DNA of 63,668 nt, the filler included, from Xylographa opegraphella (taxonomy: Eukaryota): assembly GCA_022813865.1 (NCBI GenBank). It is 3 parts of 3 records of this genome, joined end to end, with 100 filler letters (N's around TTAATTAATTAA, not from the genome) between each part and the next. Parts side by side here need not be neighbours in the genome. Positions count along the whole stretch, not along the records: positions 22,299 to 44,029 come from JALDZX010000134.1; positions 44,130 to 63,668 come from JALDZX010000139.1; 1 more part is not named here. One strand, written 5' to 3'. How positions within the stretch are numbered: the stretch's first letter is position 1; every line of letters starts with the position of its first letter. Both the position numbers and the translations under genes were made by a program. Positions 39,583 to 51,378 of this stretch are shown here, one piece after another. Under the pieces are notes generated by a model. That model saw only the letters and a program-made list of their open reading frames with translations, did not search any database and was not told where the DNA came from.

Positions 39583-42228
39583 ATGTCTTCCCCAGAAAAA
39601 CATCACACCTCAGCCAGGAATGCAGAAATCGACGTCAACTCTATAGGTATCTTGCAAGATGTCAAGCGAGCTAGTTCGGAGAAAATTGTATCAAAGGAAG
39701 ACAACCGTTTGGAAGGTCACGCAAGTGACGAGGACGAGGAATTGAGACAAGCAGATGGACGCCAGCTATATCTCTACGGCTGCAAGAATCGGGAGAGTAC
39801 TCCTACACATGGTATCGAAAATTCTAGTGCGTTTCCTATCTTTGGGCAGGAGGCAATTTCAACCTCTCGAGTGGTAGATTCGCAGCAGGTAGAACCGTCC
39901 TACACGAATGGTTTGAAATCCACCTTGAACTCGGGAAATGATCCATTGACATCTCGTGAACAACCTGAAAGCCTTAAACTGTCTTTAGAGAACATCCCAC
40001 GAAACTCTAGAGCTGAAGAAGTCTTTGATGACGCAGCTGTCCAGACGATAGGGCCCAAGGGAGCTGACGGAGCTTTTTCGTCACAATCTATCTTGTCTTT
40101 CGCGCTCGTCCAAGAGGCTGTTCATGACAGGAAAACGACAGATGCTATGAGTGGGACCAACGATGACAAGTCTCAATCAGAGATCCAGAGCATCTTGGAG
40201 CAATTCGATGGTTCTATTGACGAGCAGGGCGATCAAGAGGATGAATCTATGCTTATGCCTCAGCACCCACCTCGAAAATCGAGCTTAGAACCGCCTGAAT
40301 CTGCAAGTGCGTCGCTCGAGCCCAAATTACCCAAACAGATCTCGTCATTCCCTTTCACCGATTCAGCGAAGCTACATACCGGGCCCAACCCGCTCAAACC
40401 CTCAAAGGCTTCCTCTGTACGTAGTTTAAATTTTGCGCATTCTGGACGACTCGGGTCTGTGGCTAGAAACGAACCTGCATCTCCTGTCTCGCCATCGTCC
40501 TTACACAAATCACTACCACCAGTACCTGATACTGAGTCTGATTTGCCGTTTGATTTTCATCGATTTCTCGAGCAGCTTCGCCACCGGACAGCTGATCCAG
40601 TTGCCAAGTTTTTACGTTCTTTCTTAGTTGAGTTCGGTAAGAAGCAATGGATGGTTCACGAGCAGGTCAAGATAATTGGCGATTTCCTTGTCTTTATTAC
40701 CAACAAGATGTCTCAGTGCGAGATCTGGAGAGAAGTTTCCGACGCTGAATTCGACAACGCTAAAGAAGGTATGGAGAAGCTTGTCATGAACAGGCTATAC
40801 TCTCAAACCTTCTCGCCTGCCCTACCGGCTGCCACATCTATTTCACCTACTAATGCCAAAAGAAAGACGGCTGAGAAGGCATTTGGTCTTGGCCGACGGG
40901 GCCAGCATCAGGAAGATATCGAACGTGACGAGGTTCTGGCTCAGAAGGTCCGTATCTATGGATGGATTAAGGAGGAACATCTGGATATTCGACCTATTGA
41001 AGATGACGGGCGACGCTTTCTTTCACTTGCTCAACAAGGTAGTCTCCGTGCCTTCCGCATCACACCATTTCTGACCAACTGTCAGAACTCCTCAAAATAA
41101 AATCTTATCGTGCTCCTAGAGACAAGGTTATCTGCGTACTGAATTGCTGCAAGGTTATCTTCGGTAACTCAAATCGGATTTTAGTGATGTTTTCCAACTA
41201 ACTGAATAGGTTTACTACGGAACTCGAAATCTGCAGACACATCTGCGGATTCTTTTGTCCCGCTCCTTATATATGTTGTTCTACAAGCAAACCCAGAGCA
41301 CCTTGTGTCAAATGTACAATATATCCTTCGATTTCGCAATCAAGAAAAATTGGGCGGAGAAGCTGGGTACTACCTTTCCTCGCTTGTGAGTCACCAATGA
41401 AATCAGGTGCTCCAACGACTAATGTTTTTCAGATGGGCGCTATACAATTCATTGAAAATCTCGACCGTACGGCGCTGACCGTTTCAGACGTGGACTTCGA
41501 AAGGAATGTTGAAGCTGCTGTTTCAGCAATTGCAGAACGTAATAAAGAAGAAGAGCCTTTAGTTCCAGAGATAGCCCGAATTTCGCCAGTTCTGACTCCT
41601 CGAAGTTCTGTGGAAGCAGGAACGAGCGCTGATGGTCGATCGAGTGGCCGAACAGGTCAAACTGATGGCGCCAATGAGAAAGCTGCTGTCAGTAGCCTAC
41701 TTCGTACGATACAGCGCCCTCTCTCCACCATTGGCCGTATATTTTCGGAGGAAATTACCTCTACGCAACATGCAGGCAATCCCGGAGTCCAGGAAGTTCC
41801 AGCTTACCCGCTAGACACACCTCGACGTCTATCGCCTGCAGTTTTTCAACCTCCTCGGGGCAGCAACGATCTGAGGCGATCGACTGACGAGCTTACGGTG
41901 CGCACAACACGGATGAGCGCCGAAGATTCTGCCGCTCGTCAAGCAAGCGCCGAAGCAGCGGAGGCTCGCCGTATTCAGCGAGTTGAGCATGATGACGTTG
42001 TTGAGTAGAGACCTAACAATTACTGCTTGGTGTGGTGCTCTTAATAATTATTATTGTTAGGACTCTAGTAAGCATGTTTCCGGATCTTGACAGGGAAGTC
42101 ATTGATGATGTTGTTGGATTAAAGGAGGGCAGGTATGAATATGGGTTTCCTGCGGTAATGTAAACAAGCTGACATATTCTGGAAGGGTCGGCCTCGCAGT
42201 AGAGGCGTGCCTTGCATTGAGTTCATGA
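39583..42228 (+). CDS. VPS9: Vps9 Rab5 guanine nucleotide exchange factor with C-terminal CUE domain
   Basis: Exons 39583-41038, 41086-41163, 41210-41385, 41433-42004, 42061-42132, 42186-42228; FDFHRFLEQLR, APRDKVIC, SADSFVP, GGEAGYYLSSL, CUE MFPDLD. Start codon less certain. Confidence 0.92.
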
Positions 42229-43623
42229 TGCATCAAAGCAAGAGAAGTACCGTTCAGCCGCCGGCACTTCCTCACGGTACTAGTAAGCCAAAAGCATGTA
42301 ACAGCTTCTCCTTGATCGGATATGGGAAATGTATAGCTGGATACCTTTTACTCGATACGACAAGCACATCTCCTTGCACAACTAATGATACCATATCTGA
42401 GCGAGGGCACCCTCACCTGCAGGCCTACCTAGCGCGGATCAAGCTGATTACAAACCGATAGCAAGAAGGTTGCTGACCTGAAGGTCTTTCTCCGCACAAA
42501 GTTGAACGAACAGCACGAAAGCTGAACTCGATCCCAATGACTCTATATTGTATCGAAAGAACCACTCATTGTCCACAAACCAGGTCCACCAATGAATGTG
42601 TCTTCCACAAACGTCCATCGCTCTGAACTGCCGCCCACGGTAGCTATACACTTTCTCACTGGTAGATTCTGTTTTCTACTGATTGCCCGCTTGAGGGAAT
42701 TGATGAGAGTCCGTCGTGGCAATGCGCCGCTTACGCCTCCCAACTGTCTTTCCTCGAAACCGTCTAAATAGTTTGCTAAGACGGTATAGTGCTTTTCTTA
42801 GCGCCGCACTGATAGCAACGGCTGGTACCATTTGACTTCATAATGCTGCGTAGGAAGTTAGGACCATGTTGCATGGTACACTCCCCGAAGCATAAAAGTA
42901 ATTTACATTCGCTGTCCTTCAGTTGACAGGCGCTGATCGGGATGGATAACCCCGGTGCTGAGACATTGGGCTGTGCGAAGAGACCAGAGATCAGGGGTAA
43001 TGTAGATCAATGCGATGAGAGGTATGGGAGGCCATCGAAGTGGACAACCTCGGCCTCGTACGTTGAAGCAGGCCCGCAGCCCATGGCAAAGATGCAGATC
43101 AGCTTTCGATATATTGCGTCCATTGACTCAGCTTTTCGACCGGGACAGTTTCTTGCAGAGAGGGCTGCGAAATAAGCTCAACGATGTGATTGACCGTCAT
43201 TATCTACAATCAAGCATCGTCAACGAATTCGGGTTGAGGTCCTGCATAGGTGACGACAAGGAGAGTAGCGGATACCGAGTTGAGCTGGATGTATACTGAG
43301 AACGGGTCACTTCCATCGTGATAGAGTGCCGTTAGTCGATCATCAGCTGCTGAAAGCTACGGTTGATGTCGGGGCTAGCAAGACAGGTTCGCCTCCCGTC
43401 ACGAATCTGCTCGATGAATATGAGTAAGTAGAAGCTCGTTCCGAAGGTTATGTAGAGATCTTTCAGGAGGCCCAGACATAATGAAGGTTCGAGACTTTAA
43501 CTGTAGCGGGACAAACGAGGTATTCACACCTCTGCGGCGAATGGACAATTGGTATTAGAGGTAACTTGCAGTACATAACTTAGTATACCTAGATATGTAG
43601 AATCCACATGTAAGCCCCAATAC

Positions 43624-43800
43624 GTTGTCTCAGTCCGTCAAACGGGGCGCACTAAGTCCCTGCGGGTTAGTGCTTTGCTTACCAACTAGGTAGTTAGAAG
43701 GGTTTGCTCCTAACTAGTTACGTAGCGACTTGTTAGTCAGCAAAATAGAAACACTAACCCGGAGGGGCTTAGTGCCCCCCGTCTAAGATACTGGGGCAAC
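43624..43800. mobile_element. MITE-like element with ~50-bp imperfect terminal inverted repeats
   Basis: GTTGTCTCAGT...GGGGCGCACTAAGTCCCTGCGGGTTAGTG pairs with CACTAACCCGGAGGGGCTTAGTGCCCCCC...ACTGGGGCAAC; no clear TSD. Confidence 0.7.
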
Positions 43801-43968
43801 CTGTCGCAGGTGGAGCCGCTAACGGCTCGCTTAATCGCATTAATAAACGACCTGCCCGCTTTAATACAAAGTATTACGAAAGTTCGAATATTAAAAAAAA
43901 AATTCGCTTATTTAAATAAATATTTTATATAATCGTAAATTTTTATATAATTTTTATAATATTATTAC

Positions 43969-44029
43969 TGTTACGATCCTGCCTCTCACTAGTATAGTTC
44001 GATTAGGGATCTGGGTTGGATTCGTCAAT
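43969..44029 (-). mobile_element. Family A LTR end, little RIP, truncated by gap
   Basis: TGTTACGATCCTGCCTCTCACTAGTATAG matches 9903 onward and the reverse complement of the end of 54403-54719. Confidence 0.85.
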
Positions 44030-44129
44030 NNNNNNNNNNNNNNNNNNNNNNNNNNNNNNNNNNNNNNNNNNNNTTAATTAATTAANNNNNNNNNNNNNNN
44101 NNNNNNNNNNNNNNNNNNNNNNNNNNNNN
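44030..44129. other. Assembly spacer N44-TTAATTAATTAA-N44
   Basis: Same 100-nt construct as 22199-22298. Confidence 0.95.
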
Positions 44130-45044
44130 AAATAAAAAATAAAAAATAAAAAATAAAAAATAAAAAATAAAAAATAAAAAATAAAAAAATAAATAAAAAT
44201 AAAGAATAAAAAAAATAGAAATTATATTAAAATAATACTAATATTATATAAAATTAAGCGAATATAGATTTTTTTTATACAAATCGAACGCGAACGATAT
44301 AATAAAAATATATAAATTTATTATAAATAAATTAACGAAATTAATATTTAGAAAAATTAATATATAATTTAAATTATTATATTTAATTTTATGAACTAAA
44401 CAAATTAGTATTCGTTAAAGCATTAATATAATTGTATTTTTATTTATTTATAAAAATATATATATATATATTATCGATCGAGGCCAAAATACCTAATTAA
44501 ATTAATTTATGTTAAAATCGAATTGAAAATATAGCCGATTTACTCGCGTTGAAAACCTTGCAGTTATTATAAAAAATAGCTTTAAAATCTAAAAGAATAA
44601 GGGATTAAATTAAAAAATACTTTAATATTATTAAAACTACTAGGGATAAGATATATAAAACTTGGTTTTTTTACATAATGTTAAATATAAAAATAATTAT
44701 TTATCGAATTGAAAATTAACTTTTTAATAATAAAAGCTCGTATCGAATTATTGAAACGAATTTTATTAAAAAATATATTATTTATAAAAATTAAATAGTA
44801 TAAAAAGATTCGGCATAGTTTTTAAAAAAACTAAAATTATATAATAAACGAAAAAACGAAAAAATAAAGAAATATATAATAATTTCAACGAATTTAAAAG
44901 AATAATACTTTAATAAAAGTAAAATCGACGATAAGAAATAATTTTTCGAACTTTAAAATAATTATTTTCTTAGTGGAACGTAAGAACAGCAATTAAACTT
45001 TCGAAAATAATTATAATTTAAATAGCTCTAATAATAATAATTTT

Positions 45045-45227
45045 TGTTAGAAATAGAGTCCCGGCCTGCCTGCAGGATAGCGAGAGCTCGGGCCGCCGTA
45101 GGCCCGGTGACGCTAGTGCGCGAGCATATAGTCTCGTAGTTGTTCATAGCTAATACACCACACTTGTTTACCCATATATTCTGCTAGAATGACCACTGCG
45201 CTTCAGTACCCATCGTACCTTTCAACA
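45045..45227. mobile_element. Solo LTR, family I (183 bp, GC-rich)
   Basis: TGTTAGAAA...TTTCAACA termini; perfect TSD ATTTT. Confidence 0.85.
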
Positions 45228-47809
45228 ATTTTGATTTAAAAAAAATTTAAACTCGAAATTTTTATTGAACGAAAAATAAAAATATAAATATAAAACTTTT
45301 CGTCGAACGAAAAGTAAAAATTAAGATTTAATAAAAGCCAAAAATGTATAAATATCGAAATCTAATAAAGGCGAAAAATTAATAAGTAAAAGCGTCGAAA
45401 ACCGCGTTATTTTTTATTTAAAAAAGTATTTTTTACTAAAATTAGAGAAAACGAGGGAGAAACGTATAAATAACGACTTTAACGATTATATTAACGATTT
45501 TATAAAAAGAATTGAATTTTATATTTTTAAATTTAAATAATTCAAATAAAAACGACGATTTTTATGTTCAAATGAAATTTTTTAATAAATTTATTTTCGT
45601 TATTATAATAATTTTTTTATATTAATGACGATATTAATTTTGACGTTCTTTAAATATTGATTTTTTCGATTATAATTTTATTTAATTTATAATAATAATA
45701 TATTTATTAATACAACGATATTGCTTTTATTATAATAACGATATTTTTTTCTGCGATATCGAAATTTTTATTTTGATAATAATTTAAACTATATTTAATT
45801 TTATATTATAATATTATTTTTATTACAGTAGCAACTCGCTTGTACTTTTTTATAATTATTAATTTTCTGCTTTGCAAAACGGTATTATTTTTATTATAAT
45901 AATAGTTTTAGTTTCGTTATTGTAATAATATTTTACTACGTTGAAAAAAATTATTTTAACAATTTGTTTTATATTTTTATATTAATTTTGAAACGTATTT
46001 ATCTATATTTCGTATTAATTTTTGATAAATATTTTATTTATTTTACTTCATTATTTTAATAAATTTTATCGCCTCGAAATAAATCTCGCGTTAGTATTTA
46101 ATAATATATTAAAATTGCGAAAAAAGAAAATAGAAAAAAAGATCGTAAAAATAAAATTAATTTTGTTATTTATTTATTCTAAAAAATGGTTTTAATTTAT
46201 TTTAAATTTTTAAAGAAATATAAAGTATACAAAACCTAGGAAGATTTAAAATTAATTACGTAAAATTAAAAAAAGTATTAATTTATTTTATTTTTAAATA
46301 ATTTAAATAATCGAAAAAATTAATATAAAAGTATTAAAACGAAATTTAGGAAGAATATCGAATTAAATAAAAGACAAGCTTCGCCGCGATTAAAGTATAT
46401 AAAAGTTTTATAATAAAAAATGATAAAAATAAAGCTCGAATCGAATAAAAATAAAAAGAGAATAACGTGAAAACATTTAAAAAAACAGTCAAATTAAAGA
46501 TCGATTTTTTATCCTTAATTAAAATAAGCAATACAGTAATTTTGATAATTAAATATTAAAACGCGGTTTATATATTTTTTAATAATTATTTATTTATATT
46601 TAATTTTTGAAGTTAAGGGTTAATTTAAAAAATCGATTATTAAGATAAAAAATTTAAAACGTATACGAAATAGCGTCAAACTATTTTTATAAAACTAAAC
46701 GAAAAAATTTATTATTATAAAAACACTTTATTAAAAAAAAGCTAAATAAAATTCATAATTTCATAATTTTTAAATAAATAAGAAATAAAAAAACGCGAAT
46801 AAAAGAATTAAAATTAAATAATCGTTCGTTTTTTCTCGAAATAATTTATCGAACGAAAAATAAAACTCGATTTTATTAAATTAATTTTATATTATAAATA
46901 CTGCTTAAAAATCGATAATTTAAATGTTCATCGTAAGTATAAAAATAGCTGGCGAAAGAAATTATAAAATTATAGCAAAATAAATATAAATAAAAGATTT
47001 TCCGAAATTTTTAGCGATAATGATAAAAAAGCTTTTTATAATAACGTTAATATTTTTAATAAATCGTATATTTTTTTTTAAAAAAAGGCGAAAAACTGTT
47101 TTAAAAAGGTGCGAAAAGTATAGCGTTAAAATTAAAAAATATTTAAAACGGTAAAAGTTGTTAATTAGTAAAATATTATTCGAAATTATAAAAAAAGCTT
47201 GAGGAACTGCTATTTTCGAATAAAAAAATTCGAATAAAAAATTCGATTATTTTAAAACTCGAGTTAAAATTATAAAACATTATAAATTCGAGAAAATACC
47301 TTTAATAAATTTAAATTTTTACGTTAATTTAGATTTTAAAAATAAATTTGCCCGACGCGTTTTTATAAAGATTCACGTTAAAATATATTTTTAATTAGGC
47401 GAAAAATAAGGAAAATTTTAGGAAATAAAAATAAAATATATTAAAAAGTTTAGCGAGGTTAACTTCGAGTTATGTAAAAAAAAATACGAAATCGGTTTGA
47501 AAATATTTAAAATTATTATAAAAAAGTAATAATTATTAAATATAAACGCGGCGTAGGAAATAAAAATATTTAAATAAAAATAAAAAAATCATATGAAAAT
47601 TAATTAATTATAAGTTTAATATTTGCATTTATTATTTCGTTCAGCAAGGCTACTGTAGTGTTATTTAATAAACTTATTGTTTTATTTAGTAAAATTACCG
47701 CGATTTGGTTTAATAAAATATTTATTTTATTCGATAAAACCGCAATTTTCAAAAAGAAAAAGAAAATAACGCAGAAAGTTTTAACAATTTTAAATAAAAT
47801 ATATAAATT

Positions 47810-48009
47810 TGTTGGAAATAGCGTTGCCTGGCAAAAAGCCCTCTATGTTGCCTGCAGGCAACATAGACGCTAACCTGCTTCTACACTAGCGTAGCCGTAT
47901 ATAAGGGAGCTTTCTTCCTTAAGAAGAAAGCAACCTTCTTACGCATCTTGACAGATAGTTCAATGAAGCACTGGTTCCACCATACTGATTCCACCCATTC
48001 ATTTCAACT
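47810..48009 (+). mobile_element. Solo LTR, family F (200 bp)
   Basis: TGTTGGAAAT...ATTTCAACT; TATATAA box; matches 25043-25242; no TSD seen. Confidence 0.88.
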
Positions 48010-48714
48010 TATAGTTTTATTTCGAAAGGGTAAAAAAAAAGTTATAATCGAAAAAAATTCTAAATTTATATTTATTGCTTTTTTTTAAAGAAGAAAATCG
48101 TAGTTTCTTTAGTTTAATCGAAAAAAAATATTAATTCGATTTTATAAAAATAAAAATAAAAATTAATAAAAATATTAAAATCAAAAAAGCGTAAATAGAA
48201 AGAATTTAATCGCGAAAACGCGAAATATTTTAAAATAAATAATTATTTCATAGCGTAATCATTTAACAATTTATCGAATAAAAATAAAAAATGTTATTTT
48301 TTTTAAAAAATAATATTAAATTAAATTAATTCTTTAATAAAATATTTATTTCGGGGGAGTTTACAATCGATATTATAAACTATAAATAAAAAATAACGAA
48401 ATAAAGAATAAAAATAAAAGTTAATTCGAATTTTTAACAGCTTTCAACGGGTTTTTTTATTCTCGAAGTATTTTATAATTCGATAGTCGTTAATCATACG
48501 AAATTTTTTTAAAATATTAATAATTTTATAAAGTTTTTCAATAAAAATTTTAAATTTTAAAATCTTTTATTTTTTATTAATCGTATTAAATTTCTCGATT
48601 CGAACGTTTATTTTAATAAATTTAATACTTTGATAAACTATTAAACGCGATCGCGAAATAAACGACAATAAATTTATAAATTTATATACGATTATTGTCG
48701 TTAATAAAAAAAGT

Positions 48715-49079
48715 TGTAAATAATAATAAAAAAATCGATTCGCTGAAAAAATAAATAGTTAAACTGAAAAAACTGCTAAAAAATAAAAAAACGAAAGGGG
48801 GGCAAAGCAGTAGAAATATTATTATGTTAAAAAGGAGAGAAAAATTGTAGTAAATTTAAAGCGAGGTTTTTAAGCGTTTTTAAATTTAAATTTTTTATAT
48901 ATATTTTTATATAGCGATAAAGCAGCAGAGCCATAACGATAATTAATTTTTTTATCGAACGAATAGTGATTTTATTTAATAAAGACTTGACTCAGCTGCG
49001 ATTTTTAATTTAATTTAATTTATTTATCTCTTTACTTATTTAATTAAATTACTGCGAATTTCCTACGAATTCTTTTATA
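48715..49079. mobile_element. RIP-degraded LTR, family G
   Basis: 3' end AAAGACTTGACTCAGCTGCGA...CCTACGAATTCTTTTATA matches 27004-27100; left boundary approximate. Confidence 0.55.
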
Positions 49080-49220
49080 ATATTTAAATTATTTTTGAAA
49101 ATTTCAATTGATTAATAAACGCAAATGCGTAAATGATTTAGAAAGAAACTTCTGCGTTCCCAATATTTATGTTCGAATATGGCTAGTACGTCCCGCTTTT
49201 TATGACCACCGCGAGCGTGT

Positions 49221-49279
49221 TAGTAAGCAAAGCATTAACCCGCAGGGACTTAGTGCGCCCCGTCTGAGGGCTGAGGCAA
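49221..49279 (-). repeat. Inverted copy of the left end of the 43624 MITE-like element
   Basis: Reverse complement matches 43625-43684, including GGGGCGCACTAAGTCCCTGCGGGTTA.TGCTTTGCTTAC. Confidence 0.85.
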
Positions 49280-50355
49280 AATGAACTCAAAACCAGCGAA
49301 AATTGAGTTGCTAAACCTTTCTATTCTATTCAGACACAGATGAACCAACCTTGAAGGACCCACATATGTAAAGCCTGCCCAGTAACGCTTTCATCCACAT
49401 GATGCAATACCAAATCCCCAGCCATCGACTCAATGTAGCCGGGATATTGTGCTTCTGCCTGAGTTGTGAACGTGAAAGTTCATTGTCAATGCCGGAGCGA
49501 TCTGTGTCGACTCGTGATGGTTCTACGGCACGAACACTCGGACGGTCCTTTCCATATGTAGACTACTCACATCTATATGACTGTAAAGTAAAGGTAAGCA
49601 TAGCTCAAAAAGCCAGTTATTTGTTTGGCAAAGTGTAGAGAGCTCGAATGCTTCGTTAAGTGTGGTGATGAGAAGCCAAATTTCCATTAGCAAGGAACGA
49701 GACGGATGAAAACTCATCCTTGTTGTAAGTACTAGAAGGTGGCGATCGCAAGTATCGAATCTGCCCATTTGCGGCTCAAGCAATCATCGGCCCTAACACT
49801 GAGTTCCAGCAAACGCTGTCAAGGCCCAAGAACAGCCGTTCCTGCGCCGTAAGGCCTCAGGATATACTCCGTATCGTATCCTCGCCTGCGCAGACATCAG
49901 TCCAGACTCCAAAGGACGTCCGAGGGCTTCACTTGCGGAAGAACCTTTCGAAGCCGAGAAACTCCGGTCCAATGTGGCATAGGTCTTGGCGGTCTTTCGG
50001 AGTTTCCGCCCAATCTGTCCTTTCGAGCAATTCTATGGATAATTAAGGTAATTTTGGTTTATAAAGTACGTATAGGCTGCTGCTTGAGAGTTTTATCTTC
50101 TTATTCAAGCGGAATTGGTTGGATTGACCTGGTTTCCTTTACGGCGTTCCACCGTCGTAGCCGATCTATAGTTCTGTCCTCAAGCAAAGAGATCGCAGTA
50201 TCATTTTCACCAAGTCTTGGCTCGATAAGGGAGCTCAACATATCGTCCTCTTCCGAGCCGCTTCACTCTCTGCGCACTCCGTAAGGTAACCGTTTCCACC
50301 GTATCTACCCCATAGTCTGTATACCGGTGCAAGGTTCAGCGCCCTATCGACAATC

Positions 50356-51071
50356 ATGGCCTGGGGATCCCAGTCATTTGCGACCTTCCTTATTCTCTGC
50401 CGTAAGTTATATCCGGTCTCATTTGGTTTGCCGGCCTTCTCTTATTGATCTATCTACGAGCAGCGACCTCCTTCTTCCTCGGCGTCCTCTTCTCCCTCTT
50501 CCCCTACGACTACCCCATTCTCTGGACCGCTGCACCCTCTCGACCCGAGGCCTTCTTCGCGCTCGAAAACCACCTACTCACCCTCCATGCTTCGCCTCCA
50601 CTTATTCCCCGTATTTTACACATCGTCATCGCGACCGGCCTCCTCGGCTTCCTTTTCAAACTGTACAAGCCGTCAGAATCCAACATGCTCTTTGACGGTG
50701 CGAGCCTAGTTTTGTACATGATCGGAATTATTGTGTATGTCACCAATATCGTCAAGGGTTTGCGGGTCGTCAGTAGCGGGGATTACGGCAAGGCGGAACT
50801 GGTGGAGGGGGAGGTCATCATGGGCGCGAAAGCTGGTGTCGATACTGAGGGTCAGGAGGGCATTGGGCGGGAGGACAGTCTGAGGGTGTTAAGCGCGAGT
50901 CATACGATTCTGGCGTTAGTGCTGGTGGGAGTGTTGGTTTTACAGGCGGGCCAATGGTATGCGGAGAGGAAGGAGAGGCAGGAATTGGAGAAGATGAGCA
51001 AGGACAAGGCGGAGAAGGGAAAAGGACCAGTGGGGGCGAGGGCGCAGGTTGAGAAGAAGAAGAAATTCTGA
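50356..51071 (+). CDS. SHR3: ER membrane packaging chaperone for amino acid permeases (Shr3/ShrA)
   Basis: Exons 50356-50401 and 50464-51071; FATFLILCPTSFFLG, KLYKPSESNMLFDGASL, VLVLQAGQWYAE, basic C-terminus. Confidence 0.92.
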
Positions 51072-51378
51072 GTTGAGACGGCCAGTGAGAAAAGTGAGAA
51101 TGGTTAAATTTTGTTGTGAGTGCGGACAATAATGTTGCTAGTGGTGGTCGAGCTCGGAGCTCAGAGAACAAGCGGCGCCGCTCCAGCGTGTTCTACTTCC
51201 ACTCACATATGGGTATTGGGGAAGGACCCCCAGGCTTCATTGTAACGAAAAGTACTATCATAACATATGTTTCCAGTGATCAGCCATGCTTTAGCAGAGC
51301 CCATACGATGCAATAATGATCTTAGTGAAGCATGGTTTTAACATAGCTCAAAAGGTTGATTCTGTCAAGTTGCGTTCA

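Larger units (their letters stand above)
44130..49200. mobile_element. RIP-degraded transposon relic block of unresolved class
   Basis: Very AT-rich with residual CpG; starts with (AAAAATA)n; hosts LTRs I, F and G. Confidence 0.6.
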
